Source: a virus
Length of the DNA stretch: 64,000 nucleotides
IMG/VR virus record: IMGVR_UViG_3300050821_008162
Span: 5,430-69,429 of that record
Reading direction: 5' to 3' (one strand)
Within the stretch, counting starts at the first letter, position 1, and each line of letters starts with the position of its first letter. The translations under genes and the position numbers were made by a program. Below are positions 9,031 through 17,487 of this stretch, in pieces. The notes under the pieces are model-generated. The model was not told where the DNA came from and did no database searches. It saw nothing but the letters and a program-made list of their open reading frames with translations.

Positions 9031-11470
9031 GGTCCCGCTGCCGCCCCAGCACGACATCGAGCTCGAGCAGGCGCTGCTCGGTGCGATCCTCGTCAATAAC
9101 CAAGCCATGTCCTTCATCGGCGCCACCAAGCCGGAGCACTTCTACGAACCGTTGCACCAGCTGATCTTTCAGGGGTGCCAGGCGCTCGTCGAGGCGGGCA
9201 AGGAGGCAAGCCCGCTCACGATCAAGACGATCCTGCCGGCGGACTTCAAAGTCGGCACCCTCAGCGCATCGCAATATCTCGCACGCCTCGCCAGCGACGC
9301 CACCACGGTCATCAATGCCAAGGATTATGCGGCCGCCATCCGCCATATGTGGGTGATCCGCGAGGGCGACACGATCATGGACGATGCCCGCCGCTTCCGC
9401 CAGCGCGGCATGTTCCCCGACGAGGCGGTCAAGGAACTGTTCTCGCGCCTCGACCTCCTGCGCCTCGACAATCCGACCCAGGCGCTCCCCGAGACGGTCG
9501 CGCAATCCGGCCAGCAGTTCATGACTTGGCTCAACGGCGTGATGACCGGCGAGATCGCCCAGCACGGCGCGTCGACCGGGCTGACCAGTCTCGACAAGAT
9601 GATCGGCGGTCTCAAGGGAGGGCACCTCGTCATCATGGCCGGCAGGCCCGGAATGGGGAAAGCTCAACCACTTTCCGCACTCGTGCGGACGACGGATGGC
9701 TGGAAGGCAATGGGCGACCTTCGAGTGGGAGATCGGTTGCGTTCGATCGATGGCCGCCAATCATTCGTGACTGGCGTCTTTGAGCAGGGCGAGAAAGAGG
9801 TGTTTCGCGTCGCATTCTCCGATGGTCGCTCGACGCGCGCCTGTGCGGACCACCTTTGGTGCGTCCACTATCGAGGCTGGGATAAGCCGCGCGTGCTTTC
9901 GACCGCGAAGGTTTCCGAGATGCTGACCCGCAAGCGATACCAGGGGCGCCTTTGGATCGATATGCCGCAGACGTGGCGGCGCGGCGGACAACGCGGCGTC
10001 GAGTTGCCGATTGATCCATGGGCGCTCGGTGCCCTGATTGGCGACGGATCGATGGCCGGCAACATGAATTTCACGACTGCCTCCCTCCACAATTTGAAGC
10101 GAATGCGGGCCGCTCTCCCCGACTCCTATCTTCGGGCCTTGACAGACATCGATTTCAAGATTTGCGCCAGAGGGCGGACGAAAAATGGCATCCGAAGTCG
10201 GTTGCGTGCACTCGGTCTCTTCGGCTGCCGCAGCCACGAGAAGTTCATTCCAAGCGCGTATCTCACCGCGCCAGCCTTCCAGCGCCTCGAATTGTTGCGT
10301 GGGCTACTCGATACGGACGGATGGGTCGAGAAATGGGGCACCGTTCGATTCTGCACGGTCAGCCCCCAACTTGCGTGCGACGTGCAGGAGCTCGCCCGAT
10401 CGCTCGGAGCGTGGTGCAGCATGTCCACGCGCTCTCCAACGTACACGCACCTCGGAGAGAAACGAGTTGGGCGCACTGCCTATGTGCTCAACATCTGTCA
10501 CCCGTCGCCGCGCACGCTCGTCACCGAGCCGGAAAAAGCGCGTCGGGCGCCTGAGCGGCAGACAGCGCGGAAGATGCCGACGTTCGTTTCAATCGTCCCG
10601 GACGGCCGAGAGAATTGTCGCTGTATTTCGGTCAGCCATCCAGGCGCGCTCTACATCACCGACGAGTACGTCGTGACCCACAACACCACGGTCGCCGGCG
10701 GCATCGCGCGGGGATGCGCGCGCGCCGGCGAGGGTGCCGGCATGTTCTCGCTGGAGATGCCCCAGCAGGAGCTTATGGCGCGCCTGCACTGCGACGAGGC
10801 CTTCTCGGACGGCCTTGCGGCCATCACCTACCAGCGCGCGCTCAATCCGAGGAGGCTGCACCTGTCGATGGAGGAAGGGCAGCGCCTTCTCGACGCGCAG
10901 GAGCGCCTTGCCCGGCTGCCGCTGATGTTCGACTTCTCCTCCTCCCTCACGGTGGGAGAGATCGCCGCCAAGGCTCGCGGCATGGCGATGGTGCTGGAAC
11001 GGAAGTTCAAGACCAAGCTGCGCGCCATCATCGTCGACTACATCAAGTTCGTGAAGGCGTCCGACCGATACCGGGGGCAGCGGGTCTACGAGATCGGGGA
11101 AATCTCCGCCAGTCTCAAGCAGTTGGCGAAGGAACTCGACGTCGCCGTGATCCTGCTTGCCCAGTTGTCCCGCAAGGTGGAAGAGACCACGCACAAAATT
11201 CCCGACCTGTCCCACCTGCGGGAAAGCGGTGATCTCGAAGCCGATGCCGATCTGGTCGTTTTCTTGTACCGGGAGGCATACTATATCCAGAACAACCCGG
11301 AGGCGCTCAAGGACCCGGCGATGATGGTCCGGCTCCAGGAGTGTCTCAACACGCTGATGCTGGTCGTGGCGAAGAACCGGCACGGTCCCACTGGGAATAT
11401 CGAGGTGTACTGCAACATGGGATCGTCAGCAATTCGGGACTTGGCACAGCCGGAGGAGTTTCCCATTTGA
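9020..11470 (+). CDS. dnaB: Replicative DNA helicase DnaB-like, intein-containing
   Basis: PQHDIELEQALLGAIL, STGLTSLDKMIGGL, AGRPGMGK|T, FSLEM, IIVDY, LAQLSR, LRESGDLEADADLVVFLYR, KNRHG. Confidence 0.95.
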   Translation: MDARVPLPPQHDIELEQALLGAILVNNQAMSFIGATKPEHFYEPLHQLIFQGCQALVEAGKEASPLTIKTILPADFKVGTLSASQYLARLASDATTVINAKDYAAAIRHMWVIREGDTIMDDARRFRQRGMFPDEAVKELFSRLDLLRLDNPTQALPETVAQSGQQFMTWLNGVMTGEIAQHGASTGLTSLDKMIGGLKGGHLVIMAGRPGMGKAQPLSALVRTTDGWKAMGDLRVGDRLRSIDGRQSFVTGVFEQGEKEVFRVAFSDGRSTRACADHLWCVHYRGWDKPRVLSTAKVSEMLTRKRYQGRLWIDMPQTWRRGGQRGVELPIDPWALGALIGDGSMAGNMNFTTASLHNLKRMRAALPDSYLRALTDIDFKICARGRTKNGIRSRLRALGLFGCRSHEKFIPSAYLTAPAFQRLELLRGLLDTDGWVEKWGTVRFCTVSPQLACDVQELARSLGAWCSMSTRSPTYTHLGEKRVGRTAYVLNICHPSPRTLVTEPEKARRAPERQTARKMPTFVSIVPDGRENCRCISVSHPGALYITDEYVVTHNTTVAGGIARGCARAGEGAGMFSLEMPQQELMARLHCDEAFSDGLAAITYQRALNPRRLHLSMEEGQRLLDAQERLARLPLMFDFSSSLTVGEIAAKARGMAMVLERKFKTKLRAIIVDYIKFVKASDRYRGQRVYEIGEISASLKQLAKELDVAVILLAQLSRKVEETTHKIPDLSHLRESGDLEADADLVVFLYREAYYIQNNPEALKDPAMMVRLQECLNTLMLVVAKNRHGPTGNIEVYCNMGSSAIRDLAQPEEFPI
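9662..10684 (+). mobile_element. 341-aa intein with LAGLIDADG homing endonuclease in the DnaB P-loop (Ala1, class 3-type)
   Basis: GK|AQPL...DHLW...LGALIGDG...LRGLLDTDG...CRCISV...VVTHN|T. Confidence 0.92.
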
Positions 11471-11511
11471 GAGAGATCGGCAGTGACGACATATCGACGT
11501 AGGGGAAAAAC

Positions 11512-11829
11512 ATGACCGACCCGGCCATCCTTTTTGTGAAGCCGAAGGCGATCAGCCGCGATGACAAGGCTGCGCTCCAGAAAGCTGGTGTGATCGTTGT
11601 CGAGATCGCCGATCCCCACGCGGTGAACTTTGTTCGCCCCCATGCCGAGCTTTCGAGCGGAACACTTCTGCATTGCGCGGCAGAAGCTATCGACAAACAT
11701 ATTTCGGGACGCGACATCCGCGCGGATTTTGGGCGTCTTGCTGCTCAAGCTATTCTGACGGCGAAAGCGCATGGGGTGAAGGTTCACCCGCGGGTCGCGA
11801 AGATCAAGCAGGAAGGAAAAGTAAACTGA
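11512..11829 (+). CDS. Hypothetical protein (105 aa)
   Basis: SD AGGGG then ATG; lower-GC accessory cluster. Confidence 0.6.
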   Translation: MTDPAILFVKPKAISRDDKAALQKAGVIVVEIADPHAVNFVRPHAELSSGTLLHCAAEAIDKHISGRDIRADFGRLAAQAILTAKAHGVKVHPRVAKIKQEGKVN

Positions 11830-11849
11830 CATCACAACGGAGGCCTACA

Positions 11850-11981
11850 ATGAGTTGGCGAAATCCTGACGCTAGGTTCGAGGCAACCGGATGGCCCGCG
11901 ATCATCATCATCCTAATCTTCAGCATCTACTCTTTGGAGGCTGTTCTCCGCACGCTTCTCTGGCTCACTTCTAAGTTTTAG
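11850..11981 (+). CDS. Small single-pass membrane protein
   Basis: SD GGAGG; WPAIIIILIFSIYSL. Confidence 0.5.
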   Translation: MSWRNPDARFEATGWPAIIIILIFSIYSLEAVLRTLLWLTSKF

Positions 11982-11991
11982 GATTGTAACG

Positions 11992-12162
11992 ATGACTCTG
12001 CGGCCTGATCCTCCTGAGCTAGCGAAGGCAATCGACACGCTCCGCACGATCTATTGGCGGGAGTACGGCCGCGGCTGGCGCGAGGCGGTAGAGAACGTCA
12101 AGCGAGTGCTTGAGCAACACGCCAAGCAGGTTGCTGACGGTGAGGCAGAGGCCAACAAATGA
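11992..12162 (+). CDS. Hypothetical protein (MTLRPDPPELAKAIDTLR...)
   Basis: Translated by hand; ATGA overlap with next gene. Confidence 0.5.
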   Translation: MTLRPDPPELAKAIDTLRTIYWREYGRGWREAVENVKRVLEQHAKQVADGEAEANK

Positions 12163-12353
12163 ACAAGTTGGAAAAGATGATTGCCCTCACGCGCCTCGAA
12201 TACGATCCGGCTGTCGCCGCTGAGATCGAGCGGCTACGGACGGCTCTACAAGAAATCGCCGATGAGCACCCTCGACCGGGAATGGGGGAGGAATTGCAGA
12301 AGATTGCCCGCGAGGCGTTAAATGATGAGCAGGATCAGGACAACAAACCATGA
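12159..12353 (+). CDS. Hypothetical phage protein
   Basis: AAEIERLRTALQEIA...IAREAL, typical of small phage ORFs. Confidence 0.6.
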   Translation: MNKLEKMIALTRLEYDPAVAAEIERLRTALQEIADEHPRPGMGEELQKIAREALNDEQDQDNKP

Positions 12354-12580
12354 AGGCCCCTCGCCCCAAGTCGAAGTCGAGGCGCTGTGAGCGGTACGGC
12401 ATCCTCAACCGCTACGGCGATCTGTGGACGCCGAGCCCATTTGAGACGCCAGAGGCCGCCAAAAAATATCTTGAGGGCTACTGGCGCAACTTCCCCGGCG
12501 GCCCGCATAGCACGCGGCACTTCAAGATCGTACCCGTGCGCGTAACCGTCACCCCATTGCCGGCGAGTTCTAAGCGATGA
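12350..12580 (+). CDS. Hypothetical protein
   Basis: ATGA-coupled. Confidence 0.55.
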   Translation: MKAPRPKSKSRRCERYGILNRYGDLWTPSPFETPEAAKKYLEGYWRNFPGGPHSTRHFKIVPVRVTVTPLPASSKR

Positions 12581-12813
12581 ACGAGACGATACCCCACAGC
12601 GATCCATACATCGCCCCGTCATCGCTTGGCGTCGTCCTCCGCAAACGGGGCTATTTCTACCGACCTGGATGGGCCGGCTACACTGCGTCGATTGGCGAGG
12701 CTGGACGATACGAGCGCGGGGCAGCCCAACGGCACGCGGCGACCACGGAAGGCGTCACGGTTCATGAGATTTGGGAATTCACTGGTGGGCAAGAATTGGA
12801 CGGGAAAAAATGA
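12577..12813 (+). CDS. Hypothetical phage protein
   Basis: KRGYFYRPGWAGYTASIGEAGRY; ATGA-coupled. Confidence 0.6.
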   Translation: MNETIPHSDPYIAPSSLGVVLRKRGYFYRPGWAGYTASIGEAGRYERGAAQRHAATTEGVTVHEIWEFTGGQELDGKK

Positions 12814-13028
12814 GCCGACTTCGATATGTGCGCGCGGCGGGTGTGACGCTCGGCCAGATGCGCGAGAGCATGCAGCGCACGCCTCTTATGGGAATGGGAG
12901 ACTGTATCCTCGTTTGGGTGAACGAGGGCGATTTCTGGATGCACCAACCGACCGACGTTGCGACCGAAGATCGCGAGCGCAAGGAATACGAACGTCTTAA
13001 GGCCAAGTTTGAGACCGCAGATAGATGA
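12810..13028 (+). CDS. Hypothetical phage protein
   Basis: ATGA-coupled; ends ERKEYERLKAKFE. Confidence 0.55.
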   Translation: MSRLRYVRAAGVTLGQMRESMQRTPLMGMGDCILVWVNEGDFWMHQPTDVATEDRERKEYERLKAKFETADR

Positions 13029-13261
13029 ACAGAGATCGAGAACTCAGCACCCGAGAGGTCGCGCAGGAGATCAATGTTCCTGTCGATCTTCTGCGCAAAT
13101 GGAAGCACCGCGGCGCGCTCAAGCTCGCGCCTGCCGGGGTGTCTGGACAAGGGCGAGGCATCGAATGCTATTGGTCAGCTGCGGCCGTCGAGGAAGCTCG
13201 TGCGTTGGCGGAAAAGCCGCGCGCTACAGGGCGGCCGAGAACGCGCAATCTCAAGAGGTAA
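13025..13261 (+). CDS. MerR/excisionase-like winged HTH protein
   Basis: LSTREVAQEINVPVDLLRKWKHRGALK. Confidence 0.65.
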   Translation: MNRDRELSTREVAQEINVPVDLLRKWKHRGALKLAPAGVSGQGRGIECYWSAAAVEEARALAEKPRATGRPRTRNLKR

Positions 13262-13265
13262 TTGA

Positions 13266-14276
13266 ATGGCTGAGCACAGCGCGATCGAATGGACGGACCA
13301 CACTTGGCAAGTAGTGACGGGTTGCTCTGTTGTCTCGCCCGGGTGCACCAACTGCTACGCGATGCGGCTCGCCGGGACGCGGCTCCGAAACCATCCGTCC
13401 CGCAAGGGTCTCACCACCATGTCGAAGGCGGGACCGGTGTGGAACGGAACGGTGCGACTCAACGAGGAATGGCTCGACCAGCCGCTCCGCTGGCGCACCC
13501 CGGCCATGATCTTTGTGGCGGCCCACGGCGACCTCTTCCACGAGGAGGTACCCTTAGAGTGGATCGACCGGGTGTTTGCCGTCATGGCGCTGGCGCCATG
13601 GCACACCTTTCAGGTGCTCAGCAAGCGGTCGTTCCGTATGCGCGAGTACGCCAAGCAGTGGTTCGAGCGCCTCGCCCACCTCGACCCGGTGGTGAACCAT
13701 CCGACCGGTGCTGCCCCCTTCTCCAAGTTGGTGGACTGGTCGGTGCTCCCGAAGGTCCTGCCCAACGTGTGGCTCGGAACGTCCGCCGAGGACCAGCCCC
13801 GCGCCGACGAGCGCATCCCCGACCTGCTCGCGACGCCGGCGGCGGTCCGCTTCGTCAGCCTTGAGCCGCTGCTCGGGCCGATCGACCTGCGCAACATCAA
13901 GATGGGCTACGCCACGCACCTGGACGCGTTGCAGGGCGTGTGGGCGGCGCCGGAGACCGGGCCGAACCTCACCGGCAATCTCGGCTGGGTGATCGTCGGG
14001 GGAGAGAGCGGGCCCGGCGCGCGGCCGATGAATCCGGATTGGGCACGGTCGATCAGGGATCAATGCGCGGCCGCGGGCGTGCCCTATTTTTTCAAACAGT
14101 GGGGCGAGTACGCCCCCGGACTAACTGGCAGCCAAGCGGTCACCGCAGGCACGACGCGCGGCTTGGACGGTCACCGTTTTCAAGGAACCGACGTGGTCGT
14201 CTGGAAGCACGGCAAGAAGCGCGCTGGCCGGCTGCTCGACGGAGTCGAACACAACGGCATGCCCGGGAACCTGTGA
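13266..14276 (+). CDS. Phage Gp37/Gp68 (DUF5131) family protein
   Basis: SAIEWTDHTW..VTGCSVVSPGCTNCYA, DLFH, WLGTSAEDQ, RFVSLEPLLG, WVIVGGESG, FFKQWG. Confidence 0.92.
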   Translation: MAEHSAIEWTDHTWQVVTGCSVVSPGCTNCYAMRLAGTRLRNHPSRKGLTTMSKAGPVWNGTVRLNEEWLDQPLRWRTPAMIFVAAHGDLFHEEVPLEWIDRVFAVMALAPWHTFQVLSKRSFRMREYAKQWFERLAHLDPVVNHPTGAAPFSKLVDWSVLPKVLPNVWLGTSAEDQPRADERIPDLLATPAAVRFVSLEPLLGPIDLRNIKMGYATHLDALQGVWAAPETGPNLTGNLGWVIVGGESGPGARPMNPDWARSIRDQCAAAGVPYFFKQWGEYAPGLTGSQAVTAGTTRGLDGHRFQGTDVVVWKHGKKRAGRLLDGVEHNGMPGNL

Positions 14277-14279
14277 ACA

Positions 14280-14693
14280 ATGTCCGCGGCGGCCGCCCCA
14301 ATCGTCCTGGAGCGCATTACGATGGCGGCCGCATGCGCGATCACCGGCAAGGGAGCGCGTGCGCTGCGCGGCATGGCGATCGCCGGGAAAATCCCCGGCG
14401 CGGTCAAAATCGGGGGGGAGTGGACCTTCGATGAGGCCAAGCTGCGCGGCTGGATCAACGCCCTAGAACAGGAGCAGCAGGTCAAATGCGCAAGCGGCCA
14501 AAAGCCCCGAGACATTGCTTCTGGAATGGCGCGGTCCTCTGGGGCCGGCAGACGATCGGCGGCCAAAAGCGCCGATGGTCGCTACGAACAGACGATGTCA
14601 AGGTTGCTGCGCAGGCGGTCGAAGCCGACCGGAAGCGCAACCTCGAACGGGCGCACCACGGCGCCGGGCGCGTCACCTGGGAGGAGGCCGTGA
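14280..14693 (+). CDS. Excisionase-like HTH_17 protein; C-terminal part overlaps the integrase 5' end
   Basis: ITMAAACAITG...AIAGKIPGAVKIGGEWTFDEAKLRGWI directly upstream of int. Confidence 0.75.
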   Translation: MSAAAAPIVLERITMAAACAITGKGARALRGMAIAGKIPGAVKIGGEWTFDEAKLRGWINALEQEQQVKCASGQKPRDIASGMARSSGAGRRSAAKSADGRYEQTMSRLLRRRSKPTGSATSNGRTTAPGASPGRRP

Positions 14694-15646
14694 TCGGCTG
14701 GGCCGACACCTACCTCAAGGACCGCGCCGTCGCGGACACCACCGCGACCCGCTACGCCGTCTCGCTCGAACAGATGGCGCCGTGGCTGCGCGGCACCTAC
14801 GTCGACGAGGTCGACATGGCGGTGGTCAAGAAGATCGTCGCGGCGCGGCGCGCGCAGGGGGTGACGTCGGCCACGATCCGGCGCGACCTCGGCGCCCTGG
14901 GGTCGGTGCTCTCCCATTGCAAGGCGGAGGGGCTGCGCGCCGACAACCCTGCGCTCGAGCGGCTCGAGCAGATCAGGGAGAAGCGCGACCCGATCGTGCT
15001 GCCGGATCCTGCTCATGTGGCGCGAGTGATCGAGCGGGCCCCTGGCCTGATCGCGGCGATCGTCCCGGCGGCGCTCGCCACCGGCTGCCGGCTCTCCGAG
15101 CTCGTCAATGCCGAGCGCACCTGGCTCGACCATCCCCGGCGCGAGTTCACGGTGATCGGCAAGCGCAACAAGCGCCGGACCATCAGCCTCGACTATGCCG
15201 GCGGCTACGAGTTGCTGCGCGACCTGCCGGCGCGCCTCGGCTGCCGGTGGCTGTTCTGGCACGGCGACGGCGAGCCCTACCGAAACCTCTCTAGTCGCTT
15301 TGCGGCGCTCGCGCGTGAGGTGTTTCTCGCCGCGTACGACGCGAGGCACGGGACAACCGACACCACAAGGCCGCCGCTGGCGCGGCTCCTGGAGGCCCAG
15401 GACGAGGAGGGCTGGGTCGACGTCGGCTTCCGGCCCTTCCGCTTCCACGACCTGCGCCACCTGCACGCCGTCGAATGGCTGCGGGAGGGGCGATCGATCT
15501 ACGATCTCAAGGAGCGGCTCGGCCACCGCAGCGTCACCACGACCGAGATCTACCTGGAGTTCCTGACGCCGGAGCAGCAGCGCGTGGTGAAGCTGCTGGG
15601 GACACAAAAACGGACACAGCAGGCCCTCGGGGGGCAGGCCGGATAG
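14486..15646 (+). CDS. int: Tyrosine recombinase / phage integrase
   Basis: TGCRLSEL (R), IGKRNK (K), FHDLRH (HxxR), LGH, TEIY (Y); N-terminal arm-binding and SAM-like regions. Confidence 0.93.
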   Translation: MRKRPKAPRHCFWNGAVLWGRQTIGGQKRRWSLRTDDVKVAAQAVEADRKRNLERAHHGAGRVTWEEAVIGWADTYLKDRAVADTTATRYAVSLEQMAPWLRGTYVDEVDMAVVKKIVAARRAQGVTSATIRRDLGALGSVLSHCKAEGLRADNPALERLEQIREKRDPIVLPDPAHVARVIERAPGLIAAIVPAALATGCRLSELVNAERTWLDHPRREFTVIGKRNKRRTISLDYAGGYELLRDLPARLGCRWLFWHGDGEPYRNLSSRFAALAREVFLAAYDARHGTTDTTRPPLARLLEAQDEEGWVDVGFRPFRFHDLRHLHAVEWLREGRSIYDLKERLGHRSVTTTEIYLEFLTPEQQRVVKLLGTQKRTQQALGGQAG

Positions 15647-15702
15647 GATGTAAGATGCTGGATCGATTGAGGAAAGAAGGCTTGTCGGAAAATGGCGCTG
15701 TC

Positions 15703-15745
15703 CGGTTTAGCAAACCGCCGCCTTCAGCCACTCGGCCACCTCTCC
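15703..15745 (-). other. attP core: 5' half of tRNA-Ser(GCT), not a full tRNA
   Basis: Reverse complement GGAGAGGTGGCCGAGTGGCTGAAGGCGGCGGTTTGCTAAACCG = acceptor 5' strand, D arm and anticodon arm with GCT; no T arm follows. Confidence 0.85.
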
Positions 15746-15755
15746 AGGCGGAAAA

Positions 15756-15784
15756 TCCTTATGTTTCATCGCCTCTTCCGTCAA
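15756..15784 (-). promoter_or_regulatory. Sigma70-like promoter pointing into the tRNA fragment
   Basis: TTGACG-N17-TAAGGA ending 10 nt before the tRNA 5' G. Confidence 0.6.
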
Positions 15785-15914
15785 CCCGTCGGGGCGTGAA
15801 TAGCCCGATTCGGCGCATAACTGCGCCCCCGACGGACACAAAAACGGACACAGCGGACACATCAACCATTTTGAGAAGTTCGCGCCACGTTCTCATGTGG
15901 CGAGAGGTGCGGCC

Positions 15915-16316
15915 ATGACGCGCGTGATCGTCCTCGGCCCGCGCGAGTTCCCCTACCGGGCGCAGATGAAGGCTGTGCTCGACCGGCTGCACCGGCGCCA
16001 CCGCTTCACGGCCGTGATCGAGACGGACGAGCCTGGCGTCGCGCGGATGGCCGGCGACTGGGCGCGCGAGCGCGGGCTCGAGGATCTCAAGCTGCCGCCC
16101 GAGACGAAGCTCTACCGCGGGCGCGCCGGCGCCGTGAACAACGAGCGCATGCTCGCCGAGGCCGACATGGCGATCATCTACGGCGACGCCGGGCCGGACG
16201 GGCTCGACCTGCTGGTGCGCGCGCGGCTGAAGGGCGCCTACGTCTACACGGTCGACGTGGTGAAGGACTGGGGTTTGGTGCTCGACCGGAATCGACGGCA
16301 GATCGAGGAGGAGTGA
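15915..16316 (+). CDS. SLOG-family (DUF2493/YspA-like) protein, divergent
   Basis: RVIVLGPREF...VLDRLH...GVARMAGDWARERG...AGAVNNERML...AIIY. Confidence 0.65.
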   Translation: MTRVIVLGPREFPYRAQMKAVLDRLHRRHRFTAVIETDEPGVARMAGDWARERGLEDLKLPPETKLYRGRAGAVNNERMLAEADMAIIYGDAGPDGLDLLVRARLKGAYVYTVDVVKDWGLVLDRNRRQIEEE

Positions 16317-16317
16317 A

Positions 16318-16971
16318 ATGCACGGAACAGAGCGCGCAAGATCATCACCCCTATTCGTGCCCTCGATCATGAGGGTCGACGGCAGGCCGGTGCGCGCCTT
16401 TCGCATCGTCTGCGGGGGCAAGGATTGCGCCCACACGGCCGAAACCCGCATGAACTCGCTCGCCAATGACTCCGACAGGGGCGTGCAGGAGAACAGGCTC
16501 GCCACGCGGCGGTTCGCCAACATGGGCTGGGAGGTTGGTCTCACGCCCGCCCGTCATAGATGCCCAAGCTGCATCGAGAAGCGCAAGCAGGAGGTCAAGC
16601 CAATGAGTGTTGTCACGCCGATCAAGCCGCCTGAGAAGGCGGAGCCGCCGAAGCCGATGGGGCGCGAGGATCGCCGGGTCATCTTCGAGAAGCTCAACGA
16701 CGTCTACCTCGACGAAAAGCGGGGCTATTCGGCGCCGTGGACCGACAAGAAGGTGGGGGAGGATCTCGGCGTGCCGCGCGCCTGGGTGACCCAGGTGCGC
16801 GAGGAGATGTTCGGGCCGGAGGCGTCGAACGAGGAAATCCAGAAAACGCTGGCGGCCGCCACTGCTGTCTCGGCCGAGATCAAGGTGCTGCTCGCGCGCG
16901 CCGACGAGTTGAAGAAGCTCGGCGAGGACATCGACAAGCGCCTCGCCGCGGTGCATGGGGCGCTCCGATGA
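16318..16971 (+). CDS. Phage protein with Cys motifs and an HTH-like region
   Basis: C...C, HRCPSC, WTDKKVGEDLGVPRAWVTQVREEMFG. Confidence 0.65.
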   Translation: MHGTERARSSPLFVPSIMRVDGRPVRAFRIVCGGKDCAHTAETRMNSLANDSDRGVQENRLATRRFANMGWEVGLTPARHRCPSCIEKRKQEVKPMSVVTPIKPPEKAEPPKPMGREDRRVIFEKLNDVYLDEKRGYSAPWTDKKVGEDLGVPRAWVTQVREEMFGPEASNEEIQKTLAAATAVSAEIKVLLARADELKKLGEDIDKRLAAVHGALR

Positions 16972-17096
16972 AGCAGAAGATCGGCCCGCGCGAGCTCGCC
17001 TTGCAGGCGCAGCGGGAGGCCGCAGCCGCAGGGATGCCGAAGCTCAAGGCGCCGAAGGCGCCCCCGCGCAAAGGTCCACGACAGAGGAGGAAGTGA
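16968..17096 (+). CDS. Small basic protein (MKQKIGPRELALQAQRE...)
   Basis: ATGA-coupled. Confidence 0.45.
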   Translation: MKQKIGPRELALQAQREAAAAGMPKLKAPKAPPRKGPRQRRK

Positions 17097-17260
17097 TGGC
17101 TTTCGAGCACGGTGCGATCATCCTCGAGCACTACGGCGATCTCATCCGCATCGGCAAGGAAGGGAAGTGGGTCGAGTTCATCAAGAGGCAAGACCCGCCG
17201 CTCTCCCGCAGGGAACTGCTCGCGCTCATCGAAAAGATGGACAAGGAGCGCACCCAATGA
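17096..17260 (+). CDS. Hypothetical protein (54 aa)
   Basis: SD GAGGAGG; TGATG coupling. Confidence 0.55.
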   Translation: MAFEHGAIILEHYGDLIRIGKEGKWVEFIKRQDPPLSRRELLALIEKMDKERTQ

Positions 17261-17484
17261 CGCACTACCTCGTGACAGGCACGTCGGCCGCGGAGGTCGA
17301 GCGCAAGACAGGGCTGCGCGCCCACGACACGCCGCTGGGGACACTGGTCGAAAAGCCGCAGCCGTTTCGGCTTGAGGTCGAGATGGAACGACTGGAGCGC
17401 ATTTTGCACCCGCACCGCTGCACCTGCGGCGCTTGGGCGATCGTGCATCAGGCGGGATGCCCGATGTGGAACGTGATTACGTGA
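17257..17484 (+). CDS. Hypothetical protein with C-terminal CxC...H...C
   Basis: SD AAGGAG; ATGA coupling. Confidence 0.5.
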   Translation: MTHYLVTGTSAAEVERKTGLRAHDTPLGTLVEKPQPFRLEVEMERLERILHPHRCTCGAWAIVHQAGCPMWNVIT

Positions 17485-17487
17485 AAG

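Larger units (their letters stand above)
15600..15861. repeat. attP arm-type sites: 21-bp direct repeat GGACACAAAAACGGACACAGC at 15600-15620 and 15834-15854, plus a further GGACACA at 15855-15861
   Basis: Exact repeat flanking the tRNA fragment; 2 + 3 GGACACA units. Confidence 0.8.

Noticed and set aside
15660-15745. Complete tRNA-Ser gene
   Set aside because: Similarity stops after the anticodon stem; no T arm or 3' acceptor strand, so called an att core
15600-15861. CRISPR-like repeats
   Set aside because: Only two 21-bp copies about 210 bp apart, no cas genes; better explained as integrase arm sites
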